A stretch of 64,000 nucleotides of DNA, taken from NCBI GenBank assembly GCA_036479435.1, contig JAZGFI010000235.1:22426-86425 (forward strand). Direction: 5' to 3'. Of this stretch, positions 8,908 to 18,376 are shown piece by piece. Under the pieces are notes generated by a model. It did no database searches and was not told the origin of the DNA. It saw only the letters and a program-made list of their open reading frames with translations. Source of the DNA: Planctomycetota bacterium (GTDB lineage: Bacteria > Planctomycetota > GCA-002687715 > DRQF01). Positions within the stretch are counted from its first letter, which is position 1. Each line of letters starts with the position of its first letter. Position numbers and translations under genes: made by a program.

Positions 8908-9602
8908 AGCGGGGACAGGGCCGAGTAGTGGTCGTAAAGGGTTTGCACCCTCGATCTATTTCCACCACCACGACGATCCGCCTCGCACAACTCTTCGCTT
9001 TTGCTTCGGAATCTTGCCTTCTCATTGACCTGGGGCCAAGAGGGGACGCTACACGCCGCCTGGGCGCTTCTTTGACCCAGTCCGGCCTCCTCGCCGCCAT
9101 CTTGTCTGGCGCCGAGCCTGGAGGGCGTCTCGGCCTCCTGGTCCGCTCGGTAGCGCCTGGGCTCGACCTTGTCCCCTATGATCTTGCCCTGGACGATGTG
9201 GAAGTCTCCGGAGTCCTGGCCGAGGCCGAGGCCTGGGCCCAGACTTTGCGCGAATTTTGCGCGCAGTACAGCTGGATCCTCATCGATTGTCCTCCGGCCA
9301 ACCCTAAGCTGGGCCGAGGCTGTTTTGCCGCCTCCGATGAGATCCTTTTCACCACCACTAAGCCCGAGTATCTGACTTGTGAGCTTGGTGAGAAGAACCG
9401 AAAGGGTGACCCGGGGCAGGTTCTCAGGTGCCGAGATGCTTTTGGGGGCGCTTTGGACCTGGACTCAAAAAATGGCGTGCCCGAGGATTTAAGCTATCTG
9501 CGCCCTGACAACTCTGACTGGGACGATCTAGAAACGACACTCGAGAGGCGTGCGACGCGCGCCTACATCGCACTCGCAAAGGAGCTAAGAAACGGTGGTT
9601 GA
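8883..9602 (+). CDS. ParA/Soj-family homolog with degenerate Walker A
   Basis: TTTTIRLA, LLIDLGPRGDAT, LDLVP, YSWILIDCPP, C-terminal AYIALAKEL; overlaps the parB start. KGGVGKT is absent. Confidence 0.7.
   Translation: MFHVEHHAKRGQGRVVVVKGLHPRSISTTTTIRLAQLFAFASESCLLIDLGPRGDATRRLGASLTQSGLLAAILSGAEPGGRLGLLVRSVAPGLDLVPYDLALDDVEVSGVLAEAEAWAQTLREFCAQYSWILIDCPPANPKLGRGCFAASDEILFTTTKPEYLTCELGEKNRKGDPGQVLRCRDAFGGALDLDSKNGVPEDLSYLRPDNSDWDDLETTLERRATRAYIALAKELRNGG
8884..8899. promoter_or_regulatory. parS centromere site
   Basis: Perfect palindrome TGTTCCACGTGGAACA matching the established parS consensus, immediately upstream of parA-like/parB. Confidence 0.92.
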
Positions 9603-10512
9603 ACGAAAATTAGGCCGAGGACTCGACTTCCTCATCAAAAAACCCACGACTCCCGAAGTTCCTAAGGTTCTGGAAACGGCTTCCGAGACTCGCGGCAAAA
9701 CGATGATCTCGGTGGAGGACTTGGTCCCGAACCCCTTTCAGCCCCGTCGTGTTTTCGACATCGAGGAACTCAATCAGCTCATCGAGAGTGTTCGCCTCCA
9801 CGGCGTCCTACAGCCGGTTGCTGTGCGGCAAGCCGCAAATGGCTTTGAGCTCATTGCGGGCGAAAGGCGTTGGCGGGCGAGCCGGGAGCTCGGGCTTGAG
9901 ACGATCCCCGCGGTCATCCACGAGGTCAGCGACCAAAAGATGCTCGAACTGGCTCTGATCGAGAACCTGCAGCGAGAAGATCTTGATCCGATTGAGAAGG
10001 CGAAGGCCTACCGTCAATTGATGCGAGAATTCAATTTGACCCAAGAAGAAGCGTCAAAGCAGCTTTCCATCAAGCGGTCAACGGTGGCGAACCACCTCCG
10101 TCTGCTCGACCTTCCCCGCGAGATCCAAGAACTCGTCTCCTCTAAAAGGCTCTCAATGGGGCATGCGCGAGCGCTCCTGGCGGCGCCAAGTCCCGAGCAG
10201 AGGCTCAGTTTGGCAAAACGAGCCGTGGCGGGGGAGTTGACGGTGCGAGATGTTGAGCGCCTGGCAAGCGCAAGTAAGCAGGCTTCCGAGCTCGCGAACC
10301 CCGGCAAGCCCAGCCCCAAGCAACTCGACCCCAATCTTGAGGACTACCTATCTCGATTGAGGAGTGGCCTGGGTACCAAGGTGACCCTCCGAGGGACCGC
10401 CAAGCGCGGCAAGATCACGATCGACTACTTTGACGCCAACACGCTCAATCATCTCTTGGAGGCCATTGAGGCCACCCCCGCGCGACGTTCAGAGGCAGAG
10501 CAAGTGGAGTAG
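9595..10512 (+). CDS. parB: Chromosome partitioning protein ParB/Spo0J
   Basis: LGRGL, PNPFQPRR, GVLQP, LIAGERRWRA, ALIENLQREDL, RSTVANHLRLL, GHARALL. Confidence 0.96.
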   Translation: MVERKLGRGLDFLIKKPTTPEVPKVLETASETRGKTMISVEDLVPNPFQPRRVFDIEELNQLIESVRLHGVLQPVAVRQAANGFELIAGERRWRASRELGLETIPAVIHEVSDQKMLELALIENLQREDLDPIEKAKAYRQLMREFNLTQEEASKQLSIKRSTVANHLRLLDLPREIQELVSSKRLSMGHARALLAAPSPEQRLSLAKRAVAGELTVRDVERLASASKQASELANPGKPSPKQLDPNLEDYLSRLRSGLGTKVTLRGTAKRGKITIDYFDANTLNHLLEAIEATPARRSEAEQVE

Positions 10513-10534
10513 TCTTTGCTGCGCGGCCAATCCC

Positions 10535-10575
10535 AAAAAAAAGCCCCACAGCCATGTCGGTCGTGGGGTTTTTTC
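10535..10575. terminator. Bidirectional intrinsic terminator between convergent parB and cyclophilin-like gene
   Basis: A-tract, GCCCCAC...GTGGGGT stem, T-tract. Confidence 0.75.
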
Positions 10576-10628
10576 AATGTCGCGGGGTAACGAGGGCCGC
10601 CGGGCGATCCGTTTTGAACTCGCGGATC

Positions 10629-12017
10629 TCAGTCCTTTTTCTGATCGTCTTTTGTATCGGGCTCGGCGTCGGTCTTGGCCTCTTCTTTGATGGCCTCGTA
10701 GAAGCCCTTTTCTTGGTCGGTCTCGTCAGGGACCTCAGGCAGTTTTGGGCTCGGCTTCCAACTGTCCACGCTCGGGAATGCGATGACTCCCTCCACCGTG
10801 ACCGACTCAAGTCCCAGACGCACCCGAGGTAGATCCGGGTTGCTGATTCCAGTTTCGTCGTGGACTTCGGTTTGGAACCACTCCTTCAGACTGTCGAGGC
10901 CTTCGGTCACTTCAGCGAAGACGGTGAAGCGCTTCGACGTGGCTTCTTGGGCCGCCATGTGGACATTGAAGTGAAAGCCATCCGTGTTCACCCCGCGACC
11001 GGAGAAGGAAACGCTGCCCTTTTTGACGGGAAGCAGCGCGTTCTGCTCGTTCGGCACGGTGTAGTGCCCTTGAGTGTTATTCCAAATCGCCTTGCGTCCG
11101 CTGGCCAACCTCGAGAGGGGGTTTCCAAAACTGATGGTGTTGTCGATCTTGTTGATCGCATGTACCGCGGTGCCCTCATAGAAACCGCCCTTCACATTCT
11201 CGAGGAAGGCGGCAACCGTCTTGGGCGCGACGCGGCTAAAGAACTTGAACATGAGGGTCTGGCCATTGGCAAACTTGAGGGTCGCACTCAGGCCTTGGTC
11301 GGCGGTGATCGCAGCGTCCAAGTTGTGTTTTTCGAAAAAAGCCAGCTCTTTGCGAGCAAGCTCGCGCCACAAGGTGATGCCACTTGAGTCCGGATCGCGC
11401 GTATCGGACTTCAACTTGAGGGCGATGACGTCGCCATGATCTTTCTCTAAGGTGTCGAGCAGCTTCATTTGCTCGTTCAAAAAGGCGATCTTTTTGTTGT
11501 TGTCACGGCTGTTGCGCGCGGCGAAAAACAAAAGTTGCTGGCGAACGTGCAAGTAAAGCCAAGCTTGGTCGCTCGCCAAGAGAAGATCTTTTTTTTCGTC
11601 AAAGGTCGCGAGCACGGACTCAACTTTGTCAACGTACTTTTTGCAGTCCTCGGGTGTTGTGAGTGGGCCGACCACGGACTTGCGTTGCGCGTTGGGAACC
11701 GCGAGCTGGTCGTAGTAGGCGCCGCCTTCCGCCGTCGTTCCGAGACTAGCCTTATTGATGGTCATGAAGTCACGAAGGGGAGTGGACGGCAACAGCTCGA
11801 TGCCGGAAAAAATCAGGTCACTAGCTTCAGCTTTAGTGTCCGAGTCGCCCTTTTTGATGAACTGCCAAGCCGTGATCCCGATAGCGACGACAAGCGCGGC
11901 GATCACGAGGTACTTCAAGAGGCCCATGACCGTGTCGCCACCCTGCTTTTGGTCGGCCATATTCTGGAGCCAACTTGGCGCGCCACCTTCGGGGGGATTC
12001 TTTGTCTTGGTATTCAT
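10629..12017 (-). CDS. Membrane-anchored protein with C-terminal cyclophilin-like domain
   Basis: N-terminal TM; APKTVAAF...GFYEGT, KGSVS, FTVFAEVTEGLD. The canonical FHR appears as VHA. Confidence 0.72.
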   Translation of the reverse strand: MNTKTKNPPEGGAPSWLQNMADQKQGGDTVMGLLKYLVIAALVVAIGITAWQFIKKGDSDTKAEASDLIFSGIELLPSTPLRDFMTINKASLGTTAEGGAYYDQLAVPNAQRKSVVGPLTTPEDCKKYVDKVESVLATFDEKKDLLLASDQAWLYLHVRQQLLFFAARNSRDNNKKIAFLNEQMKLLDTLEKDHGDVIALKLKSDTRDPDSSGITLWRELARKELAFFEKHNLDAAITADQGLSATLKFANGQTLMFKFFSRVAPKTVAAFLENVKGGFYEGTAVHAINKIDNTISFGNPLSRLASGRKAIWNNTQGHYTVPNEQNALLPVKKGSVSFSGRGVNTDGFHFNVHMAAQEATSKRFTVFAEVTEGLDSLKEWFQTEVHDETGISNPDLPRVRLGLESVTVEGVIAFPSVDSWKPSPKLPEVPDETDQEKGFYEAIKEEAKTDAEPDTKDDQKKD

Positions 12018-12019
12018 TA

Positions 12020-12511
12020 TTAAGTGCTTTCTACAAAGATGGTTATCAAAAACTCATCCTTGCCGTCTTGAGCGTCTGGGGTCAGGGTGACGGTACACCT
12101 TTGACCGGTCTTCACGAAGGTCATTCGATCTGAAGCGGCCTGAACCGAGGATTCGCCGCGTTTCCAACCAAAGGGCCCTTTGGGCATCATGGCTTCAAAG
12201 TGCCGGAGGAGTTCAGCGCGCTTGCCGTAACCCCAGTAGACGAAACGCCCAATCCTACGATCGCCGAAACGATAGCTAAAGCTCTCGTTTCGATGGTTCC
12301 GCAGGAAAAAGCCCTCGGGGACGGGGATATCATCAAACTGGATTCGCGACAACTCCTCGGACCGGCTTCGGGCCTCTGGAGGGGTGGTAGCCCCCACGCC
12401 GGTGAGCGAATCACTGATCGGGTTGTTGGTTTCCTCGACATTGACACATGCGGTGGTCCACACGAGGACCAGGAGGAGTGGCAAGATCTTCAATTCGTAT
12501 CGGCTGGTCAT
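12020..12511 (-). CDS. Putative lipoprotein
   Basis: ATG 12511; signal ILPLLLVLVWTTAC with lipobox; FDDIPVPEGF motif. Confidence 0.65.
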   Translation of the reverse strand: MTSRYELKILPLLLVLVWTTACVNVEETNNPISDSLTGVGATTPPEARSRSEELSRIQFDDIPVPEGFFLRNHRNESFSYRFGDRRIGRFVYWGYGKRAELLRHFEAMMPKGPFGWKRGESSVQAASDRMTFVKTGQRCTVTLTPDAQDGKDEFLITIFVEST

Positions 12512-12572
12512 GTTGAGCACCCTCCCCGGTGCATGGTCATCAATCTGGTTACGCCGCGTGGCGTCGACTTGA

Positions 12573-13298
12573 TTATAGCGCGGAGTGGGGCCGACCCGCA
12601 GAGGGCGGTTGCATTCCGAACTGAGCCCAGAATTCTCGAACTTTTCGATCCGCTTCCCGGACGAACTCATCCATCAATTCGGAGAGCAGCGAAAGAAGAA
12701 GGTCCGCCGCCACCGACTCCACGCCGGCGATGGTCGCCGTGTCGGCTTGCCGCAGTCCCGAGAAGCGACGGTCGAGGAAACGCCGCCCCTCCGCGTCGCG
12801 TAACAAGACATGGAACTCGATCTCGGCCAGGACCTCGATACTCGGGATGATGGGAATGAGTCCCAAGAGGTCGCGATCGGATTTGGCATAAAAGTGGTAG
12901 AGCGTGATCTCGAGTTCGTGGCTGGCCTCTTGGCCCCCTGCGTTTGATCGAAAGACGCCGGCTTGGGCAAATTCGCCGAGCACGACGCGCTTGAAATTGC
13001 TGGCGACCGAGCCCCGCAAGAGCGACTCGGAATACCAAGACTCGTTTAGGTAGTTGATCCGGCCGATCTCGAAACTGGGGCGGCGGTCACGAAAACTCGT
13101 GAGCGAAAGATCTCCGTAAGGCGGATGAGAGGCACGGAACAGGGTTGACTGATAAGAGGCATCACCCGCCGACAACGGAGCCCGTGGATTGGTCCCACAA
13201 GCCCCCAAGATCGAGAGCGCTATCAAGGCTCCCAAGCCGTTTCCTGCGAGCTTCCAGATCGATAATCTAGACGGCGTTAGTGTTTTCGCACGAGCCAT
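12573..13298 (-). CDS. Putative lipoprotein (YajG-like fold possible)
   Basis: ATG 13298 after purM; ALSILGAC lipobox; FRDRRP motif. Confidence 0.6.
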   Translation of the reverse strand: MARAKTLTPSRLSIWKLAGNGLGALIALSILGACGTNPRAPLSAGDASYQSTLFRASHPPYGDLSLTSFRDRRPSFEIGRINYLNESWYSESLLRGSVASNFKRVVLGEFAQAGVFRSNAGGQEASHELEITLYHFYAKSDRDLLGLIPIIPSIEVLAEIEFHVLLRDAEGRRFLDRRFSGLRQADTATIAGVESVAADLLLSLLSELMDEFVREADRKVREFWAQFGMQPPSAGRPHSAL

Positions 13299-13314
13299 GA
13301 ATACCACGAGGGAC

Positions 13315-14448
13315 TCAGCTCCGGTGAAGTCTATCCTTGCCGCCCACGAGGCCATACTGCGGCAGGCGTACTTCTTTTTTGTGTTCATCAGTGGCGTAGC
13401 CGATGACCTGGGCCTTGGCACCGGTCTTTTCGATAAGGCCAAGGGCATCCTCTACGCGGTCCTTGGGGATCACGGCGCAAAAACCAATCCCCATATTGAA
13501 GACTGAGAACATCTCCGCGTCTTCAATGCCGCCCGTCTCTTGAATCAAGCCAAAGATTGCCCCCGGTTCTGGCAGGCGATCAATGACGAAGCCGACATCG
13601 GCTCGGATGCGGTTGAGGTTGCAGTATCCGTCACCAGTGAGGTGTACGAGTGCGTTGAGCGGAATGCCAGCGTCGCGCAGCGCCATGATGGGCGCGACGT
13701 AAATGCGGGTCGGCTCCAAAAGAGCATCGCCGAGCGTTCGCTTTAGGCCGCTGGGAACCGCGCGCAGATCCAGGCCGCCTTTTTCCAACAGAATATGCCG
13801 TGCCAAGGTGAAGCCATTGGAGTGCAGGCCACTCGATGCGATGCCGATTACCACATCCTGCGACCGGACGGCCTGACCCCAATTGATTTGATCCCAAGCC
13901 ACTAAACCCACGGCGGTCCCTACGAGGTCGAGCCCCTTTGAGGCTCCATGGCTTTGTAGCAGTTCCTTGACCTGAGCAATTTCACCGCCGGGAATAGAAA
14001 TCTTCGATTGCCGCGCCCCCTCCAGGAGGCCGCGCCCCAATTGGTCAAAAACTTCGTCGTCGATGTTGCCGACCGCGATGTAATCCACGAGGGCAAAAGG
14101 CTCGGCGCCGACGCACAAGATATCGTTGACATTCATCGCAATCATGTCGATGGGGATGGTGTCATAGCGTCCAAGGGCGTCGGCAATGAGGATTTTGGTT
14201 CCGACACCGTCGGTGCAAATCGCTAGACCTTGTCGACCGGGCAGCTCCAAGACATTCGCGAAGTAACCGAGTCCCATCGCGGGCCGACCAAAGTCGCTGC
14301 CATCGCGAAGGGTCAGGGTTTGATTGATCGACCGCGCGAGGCGACCCAAGCCGGTCTGTGCGCGCTCGGTGTCAACTCCGACTTCGTCATACTGGAAGGC
14401 ATCTTGATTCATGGTCGTTCCATCACTCACAGCTTGTTCTTGGCCCAA
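13315..14448 (-). CDS. purM: Phosphoribosylformylglycinamidine cyclo-ligase (start may be 14412)
   Basis: TDGVGTK, AMNVNDI, GGEIA, SSGLHSNGF, LLEPTRIY, FNMGIG. Confidence 0.96.
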   Translation of the reverse strand: MGQEQAVSDGTTMNQDAFQYDEVGVDTERAQTGLGRLARSINQTLTLRDGSDFGRPAMGLGYFANVLELPGRQGLAICTDGVGTKILIADALGRYDTIPIDMIAMNVNDILCVGAEPFALVDYIAVGNIDDEVFDQLGRGLLEGARQSKISIPGGEIAQVKELLQSHGASKGLDLVGTAVGLVAWDQINWGQAVRSQDVVIGIASSGLHSNGFTLARHILLEKGGLDLRAVPSGLKRTLGDALLEPTRIYVAPIMALRDAGIPLNALVHLTGDGYCNLNRIRADVGFVIDRLPEPGAIFGLIQETGGIEDAEMFSVFNMGIGFCAVIPKDRVEDALGLIEKTGAKAQVIGYATDEHKKEVRLPQYGLVGGKDRLHRS

Positions 14449-14740
14449 AAGGCCGAAACGCTGGTCTGGCTCGGGATGAGGATTTCATTTCTTTCCAAAG
14501 GAAGGTCCTTAATTCACCCCGAGGGGGTGACGTCGACCGGGCCAGAACTTCAAGTTCTTGCCTCGGAGAGGGCAGAGTAGGAACTGCGAATAAGGGCAGC
14601 AAGCACAGTGCCCACCGACTTGGGAGCGTTTGGCCACCCTTATAGAATGCGGCCCATCTCCGCTTGGCGTCTCGCCCTCGGGGAGCCTAGAACCCGAGGC
14701 AGCAAGACCCACTGCCCACCACGACCGCTCGGAGCCTCTC

Positions 14741-15889
14741 ATGAAAATCGAAACCAAGGCGATACACGTCGGCCAAGAGCCTTGTGCCCTAACGGGCGCG
14801 GTCGCGGTGCCCATCTATCAGACCAGCACTTACGTGCAGCCCGAAGTCGGCGTCCATCTTGGCCACGAATATAGCCGCACCAGCAATCCCACCCGTGATG
14901 CCCTAGAATCTTGCCTCGCTTCGCTCGAAAACGCCGAGCATGGCCTCGCTTTTGCGTCGGGCATGGCCGCGATCACCACCATCATGGCGCTCTTTAAGCA
15001 GGGCGACCACATCGTTTGCGCCGACGATGTCTACGGCGGCACCTTTCGGGTCTTCGACAAGATCATGGGCCACTACGGGCTCGACTTCAGCTTCGTCGAC
15101 ACCACCAATCTCGATGCCGTACGGGAGGCCATGCGGCCCGATACCCGCTTGCTCTGGCTCGAAACCCCTAGCAACCCCATGCTAAAAATCTCGGACATCT
15201 CGGCACTGGCTGAGATTGCTCACGAAAAAGACGCCTGGTTGGGCGTCGACAACACCTTCCTGAGCCCCTATTTCCAGCGGCCGCTCGATTTTGGGGCGGA
15301 TTTGGTCATGCACAGTTCCACCAAGTACCTCGGGGGCCACTCGGATGTTGTCGGTGGGGCCGTGGTGACTTCCCATCCAGAAATCGCCGAGCGCCTGCGC
15401 TTCAACCAAAACTCCATGGGCGCTATCCCCGGACCCTTCGACTCTTGGCTGACCCTGAGAGGCATCAAGACCCTAGGGGTCCGACTCCAGCGGCACGAGG
15501 AGAACGCTCAGGCTGTCGTGGCTTTTCTTCAAGAACACAAATTAGTTGATCGGATCTACTATCCTGGCCTCAGCGACCACCCTGGCCACGAAATCCAATG
15601 CAAACAGGCAAATGGCTTCGGAGGCATGGTTTCTTTGACCCTCAAGGCGGATCTTGAGGGCACAAAACGGTTTTGCCAGTCGACCAAGCTCTTTTTCTTG
15701 GCTGAGAGCCTAGGAGGGGTCGAATCGTTGCTTGAGCACCCCGCAATCATGACCCACGCCTCGGTTCCGGTCGAAACGAGGGCCGAACTTGGCATCCTCG
15801 ACAACTTCGTTCGCTTGTCCGTTGGCATCGAAAACCAAGATGATCTTCTGAAGGACCTGGACCAAGCGCTCGACTCCGTCGATAATTAG
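14741..15889 (+). CDS. Cystathionine gamma-lyase/synthase (Cys/Met PLP family)
   Basis: YSRTSNPT, FASGMAA, ETPSNP, VDNTF, HSSTKYLGGHSD, AESLGGVESL; ATG 14741 with GGAG RBS. Confidence 0.95.
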   Translation: MKIETKAIHVGQEPCALTGAVAVPIYQTSTYVQPEVGVHLGHEYSRTSNPTRDALESCLASLENAEHGLAFASGMAAITTIMALFKQGDHIVCADDVYGGTFRVFDKIMGHYGLDFSFVDTTNLDAVREAMRPDTRLLWLETPSNPMLKISDISALAEIAHEKDAWLGVDNTFLSPYFQRPLDFGADLVMHSSTKYLGGHSDVVGGAVVTSHPEIAERLRFNQNSMGAIPGPFDSWLTLRGIKTLGVRLQRHEENAQAVVAFLQEHKLVDRIYYPGLSDHPGHEIQCKQANGFGGMVSLTLKADLEGTKRFCQSTKLFFLAESLGGVESLLEHPAIMTHASVPVETRAELGILDNFVRLSVGIENQDDLLKDLDQALDSVDN

Positions 15890-16037
15890 CCCCCGGTCGT
15901 CACCTATAGTGGACGACCGCCGCCTTCGGCGGAGCAGTCGAAAATCATCGAATGCTCACCGGGGGCGGCGAGAACAAATTGGTGGGGGCCCAAGGCGTCT
16001 TCTGCCCAACTTCTAGTTCCAGTATTCGGAGTCATTC

Positions 16038-16418
16038 GTGAAGAGTTTTTTGGAAAGCCGAGAGCTGATTCGCCGCTTGAAAGAAGGTTCCCCAATTGAG
16101 GTTGATGGCGAAGTCGTCAGACTTCCTCGCTTCTCAGAAATCCAGGAAGCACAGCCGGGGGATTTTGGTGCCAAGGGCAAACAGGATTTAATCGTCGCGA
16201 AAGCTCGCACTGCGACTTGGTGTGTGTGGCCACTTAACCGGCGCGCGAAGTTTCAAAAGAAAGACAGCGAGGGCTTCACCCTAATCTTGAAGGCACTCGA
16301 AGAGTCTATTCCTGACAAGCCGGTAGTGGGTTGGGTTTTGACGACGGGTCCGATTGACGACGCCGTCCGAGCCAAGATGAATGAGGACGGCCACCGCGTT
16401 AATCGCGTTCCGCTTTAG
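16038..16418 (+). CDS. Hypothetical protein (weak Mrr/REase-fold resemblance)
   Basis: Clean 126-aa ORF with GGAG RBS filling the gap; QDLIVAK...GWVLTTG pattern. Confidence 0.55.
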   Translation: MKSFLESRELIRRLKEGSPIEVDGEVVRLPRFSEIQEAQPGDFGAKGKQDLIVAKARTATWCVWPLNRRAKFQKKDSEGFTLILKALEESIPDKPVVGWVLTTGPIDDAVRAKMNEDGHRVNRVPL

Positions 16419-17153
16419 TCAGAATCGCCGGCGCGGTGCGTGCGAGTATCGGCATTGTCCGCAACGGAGACTGTCGATGCCGTAGACCACCGCGCTGCGC
16501 GTGGAACGCTGAATAACGAAGGCGTCACCGTTGCTGAGGTCGATGATTTCGGGGCTGTTGTCGGCGGTGAGTTGCGCCGGGCCCCGAACAATTTCTACCT
16601 GCACGACGTCATCGGGCTTCAGCACCAGGTGGTGTAGGAACTCGGTGCAGTTGTTGAAGGCGAGACCCATCCCGGTTCTGATGACGGTGTTGGTGATACT
16701 GCGGAAGTAGGCCGAGCTGCCGAAGGGCGTCGCGGCTACTAAGCCGTCGCCAATGGTCTCGTCGCTCACCATCTTATTGTTCACTGCGACGCGAAAGCGA
16801 ACCGAGCTCCGAACATCTGAGTTGCGAAGGATGATGTCGTTCATTCCACGTAGACGCTTGCCGTCGATGGTGGCGGTGATCTTCATCAATTCTGTTTTGG
16901 CCAGCTCCCCGCTCAAGAAGCGATCCAAGACGAGGGCGTCTTCATGCTCGGGGCATTTGGTGACCGCGCTCGCATCGCGCATGCCGAGTTTGGGAACTTC
17001 CGGAAACTCTCGTTCGGCACCAATCAAAGTGCCGTCACCGCCGTAAGAAATAAGCAAGTCTGCGGCGTCGAAAGAATCGGCGAGTTCGATTCCTCGGGCC
17101 TCCAGCAGAGGCTTCAGGATAGCGGCGTTCTTACCCACCAATCCGAATTTCAT
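16419..17153 (-). CDS. nadK: NAD(+) kinase
   Basis: SYGGDGT, MND, GDGLVAATPFGSSAY. Confidence 0.88.
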   Translation of the reverse strand: MKFGLVGKNAAILKPLLEARGIELADSFDAADLLISYGGDGTLIGAEREFPEVPKLGMRDASAVTKCPEHEDALVLDRFLSGELAKTELMKITATIDGKRLRGMNDIILRNSDVRSSVRFRVAVNNKMVSDETIGDGLVAATPFGSSAYFRSITNTVIRTGMGLAFNNCTEFLHHLVLKPDDVVQVEIVRGPAQLTADNSPEIIDLSNGDAFVIQRSTRSAVVYGIDSLRCGQCRYSHAPRRRF

Positions 17154-17245
17154 CGCACACCCCCAATCCGAACGACTTACCAGGGATCATTATCGGCCTC
17201 CACGCTTTGGGCGCAACCCGCCCCGCGACCTCCCGACGGTGAATT

Positions 17246-18373
17246 TCAGCGCAACTTGAGGGTGGCGAAACTTAGGACGCAACAAAGTAGCGAAACGATC
17301 CAAAAGCGCAGCACGACTTTTGTTTCCGCGAGGCCCTGGTGCTGGTAGCCGTGGTGGGCGGGAGCTCGAAAAAAAATGCGCCGGCCAATCCAGCGGATGC
17401 CGACGTAGTCTTGGATCAACACCGAAAAAGCTTCGAAGACGAAAACCCCGCCCGCGATAAGGAAGAGGAGCTCCTGCTTCGACAAGATTGCCATCGCCCC
17501 CAAGCTACCTCCAAGCGCCATTGCACCGGTGTCGCCCATGAACATCTGAGCCGGATATCCATTGAACCACAAAAAGCCAAAACAGGACCCGACGACTGCC
17601 GAGGCGAAGATCGCAATCGCTTGCATGTCATGGGCCGGCATGTAGTCAAAAGCGAAGAACTTAGAGGTTTGGTTGTTCCACATCATGTACGCGACGACGC
17701 CAAAGACCGCAGCGGTGAGGGCTGTCGGTAAGACCGCCAGCCCGTCTAAGCCGTCGGCGAAATTGATCGCGTTGGTGATCGACACCAGGGCGACAACCAC
17801 GAATGGCAAGTAGAAGTAGCCGAGGTCGATGGGCCCCAGAATCTCGGGTCTCGGAAAGGGGAAGTAGAGATTGGTGCGAATCTCCGCGGGGAAGGGCGAG
17901 GTGCCGTCAGACAAGATGATCGCGCCAAAGAAAAAGGCGAACAGGGCCTGGAGAAAAAACTTTAGATTACGAGACATCCCGGCGTCACTCGACCCACCCA
18001 CAACTTTCATCATGTCGTCGACGCAACCAAGCGCTCCGTACCAAAGCACCGTTAAGACCAAGAGGTGTGCCACTCGGTTCTCAGCTTCGGAGAACAACAA
18101 GGTCGCCAAGATGATGCCACCCACGATCAGCAGGCCCCCCATCGTAGGCGTGCCACTTTTCGAGTGGTTGAAGTACTCGCCGTAGTCGCGAACCCGATCG
18201 CGCATGCCGCGACGGTAGAGCCAGGCCGCTGTCCTGCGTCCAAGGAGAAGCACAAATCCAAACGCGACGATGAAAGCACCCACGCAACGGACCGAGGCGT
18301 ACTGAAGAATGCGAAGCGGCGTTTCGCCCAGATTCAGCGGAGCGGACAACAAGTCATAGAGCCACGGCAACAT
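17246..18373 (-). CDS. mraY: Phospho-N-acetylmuramoyl-pentapeptide transferase
   Basis: KSGTPTMGG, DD motif, NAINFADGLDGL, FMGDTG, APAHH; about 10 TMs. Confidence 0.96.
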   Translation of the reverse strand: MLPWLYDLLSAPLNLGETPLRILQYASVRCVGAFIVAFGFVLLLGRRTAAWLYRRGMRDRVRDYGEYFNHSKSGTPTMGGLLIVGGIILATLLFSEAENRVAHLLVLTVLWYGALGCVDDMMKVVGGSSDAGMSRNLKFFLQALFAFFFGAIILSDGTSPFPAEIRTNLYFPFPRPEILGPIDLGYFYLPFVVVALVSITNAINFADGLDGLAVLPTALTAAVFGVVAYMMWNNQTSKFFAFDYMPAHDMQAIAIFASAVVGSCFGFLWFNGYPAQMFMGDTGAMALGGSLGAMAILSKQELLFLIAGGVFVFEAFSVLIQDYVGIRWIGRRIFFRAPAHHGYQHQGLAETKVVLRFWIVSLLCCVLSFATLKLR

Positions 18374-18376
18374 CGA

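Noticed and set aside
8706..8990. Second MFHVEH-containing ORF on the minus strand
   Set aside because: Artefact of the palindromic parS.
14450..14740. SAM riboswitch or T-box upstream of the Cys/Met enzyme
   Set aside because: No recognisable SAM-I or T-box core motifs.
17190..17197. GCCGATAA upstream of NAD kinase as a sigma28 promoter
   Set aside because: No matching -35 element; better read as sigma70-like TTGCGC-N16-GATAAT.
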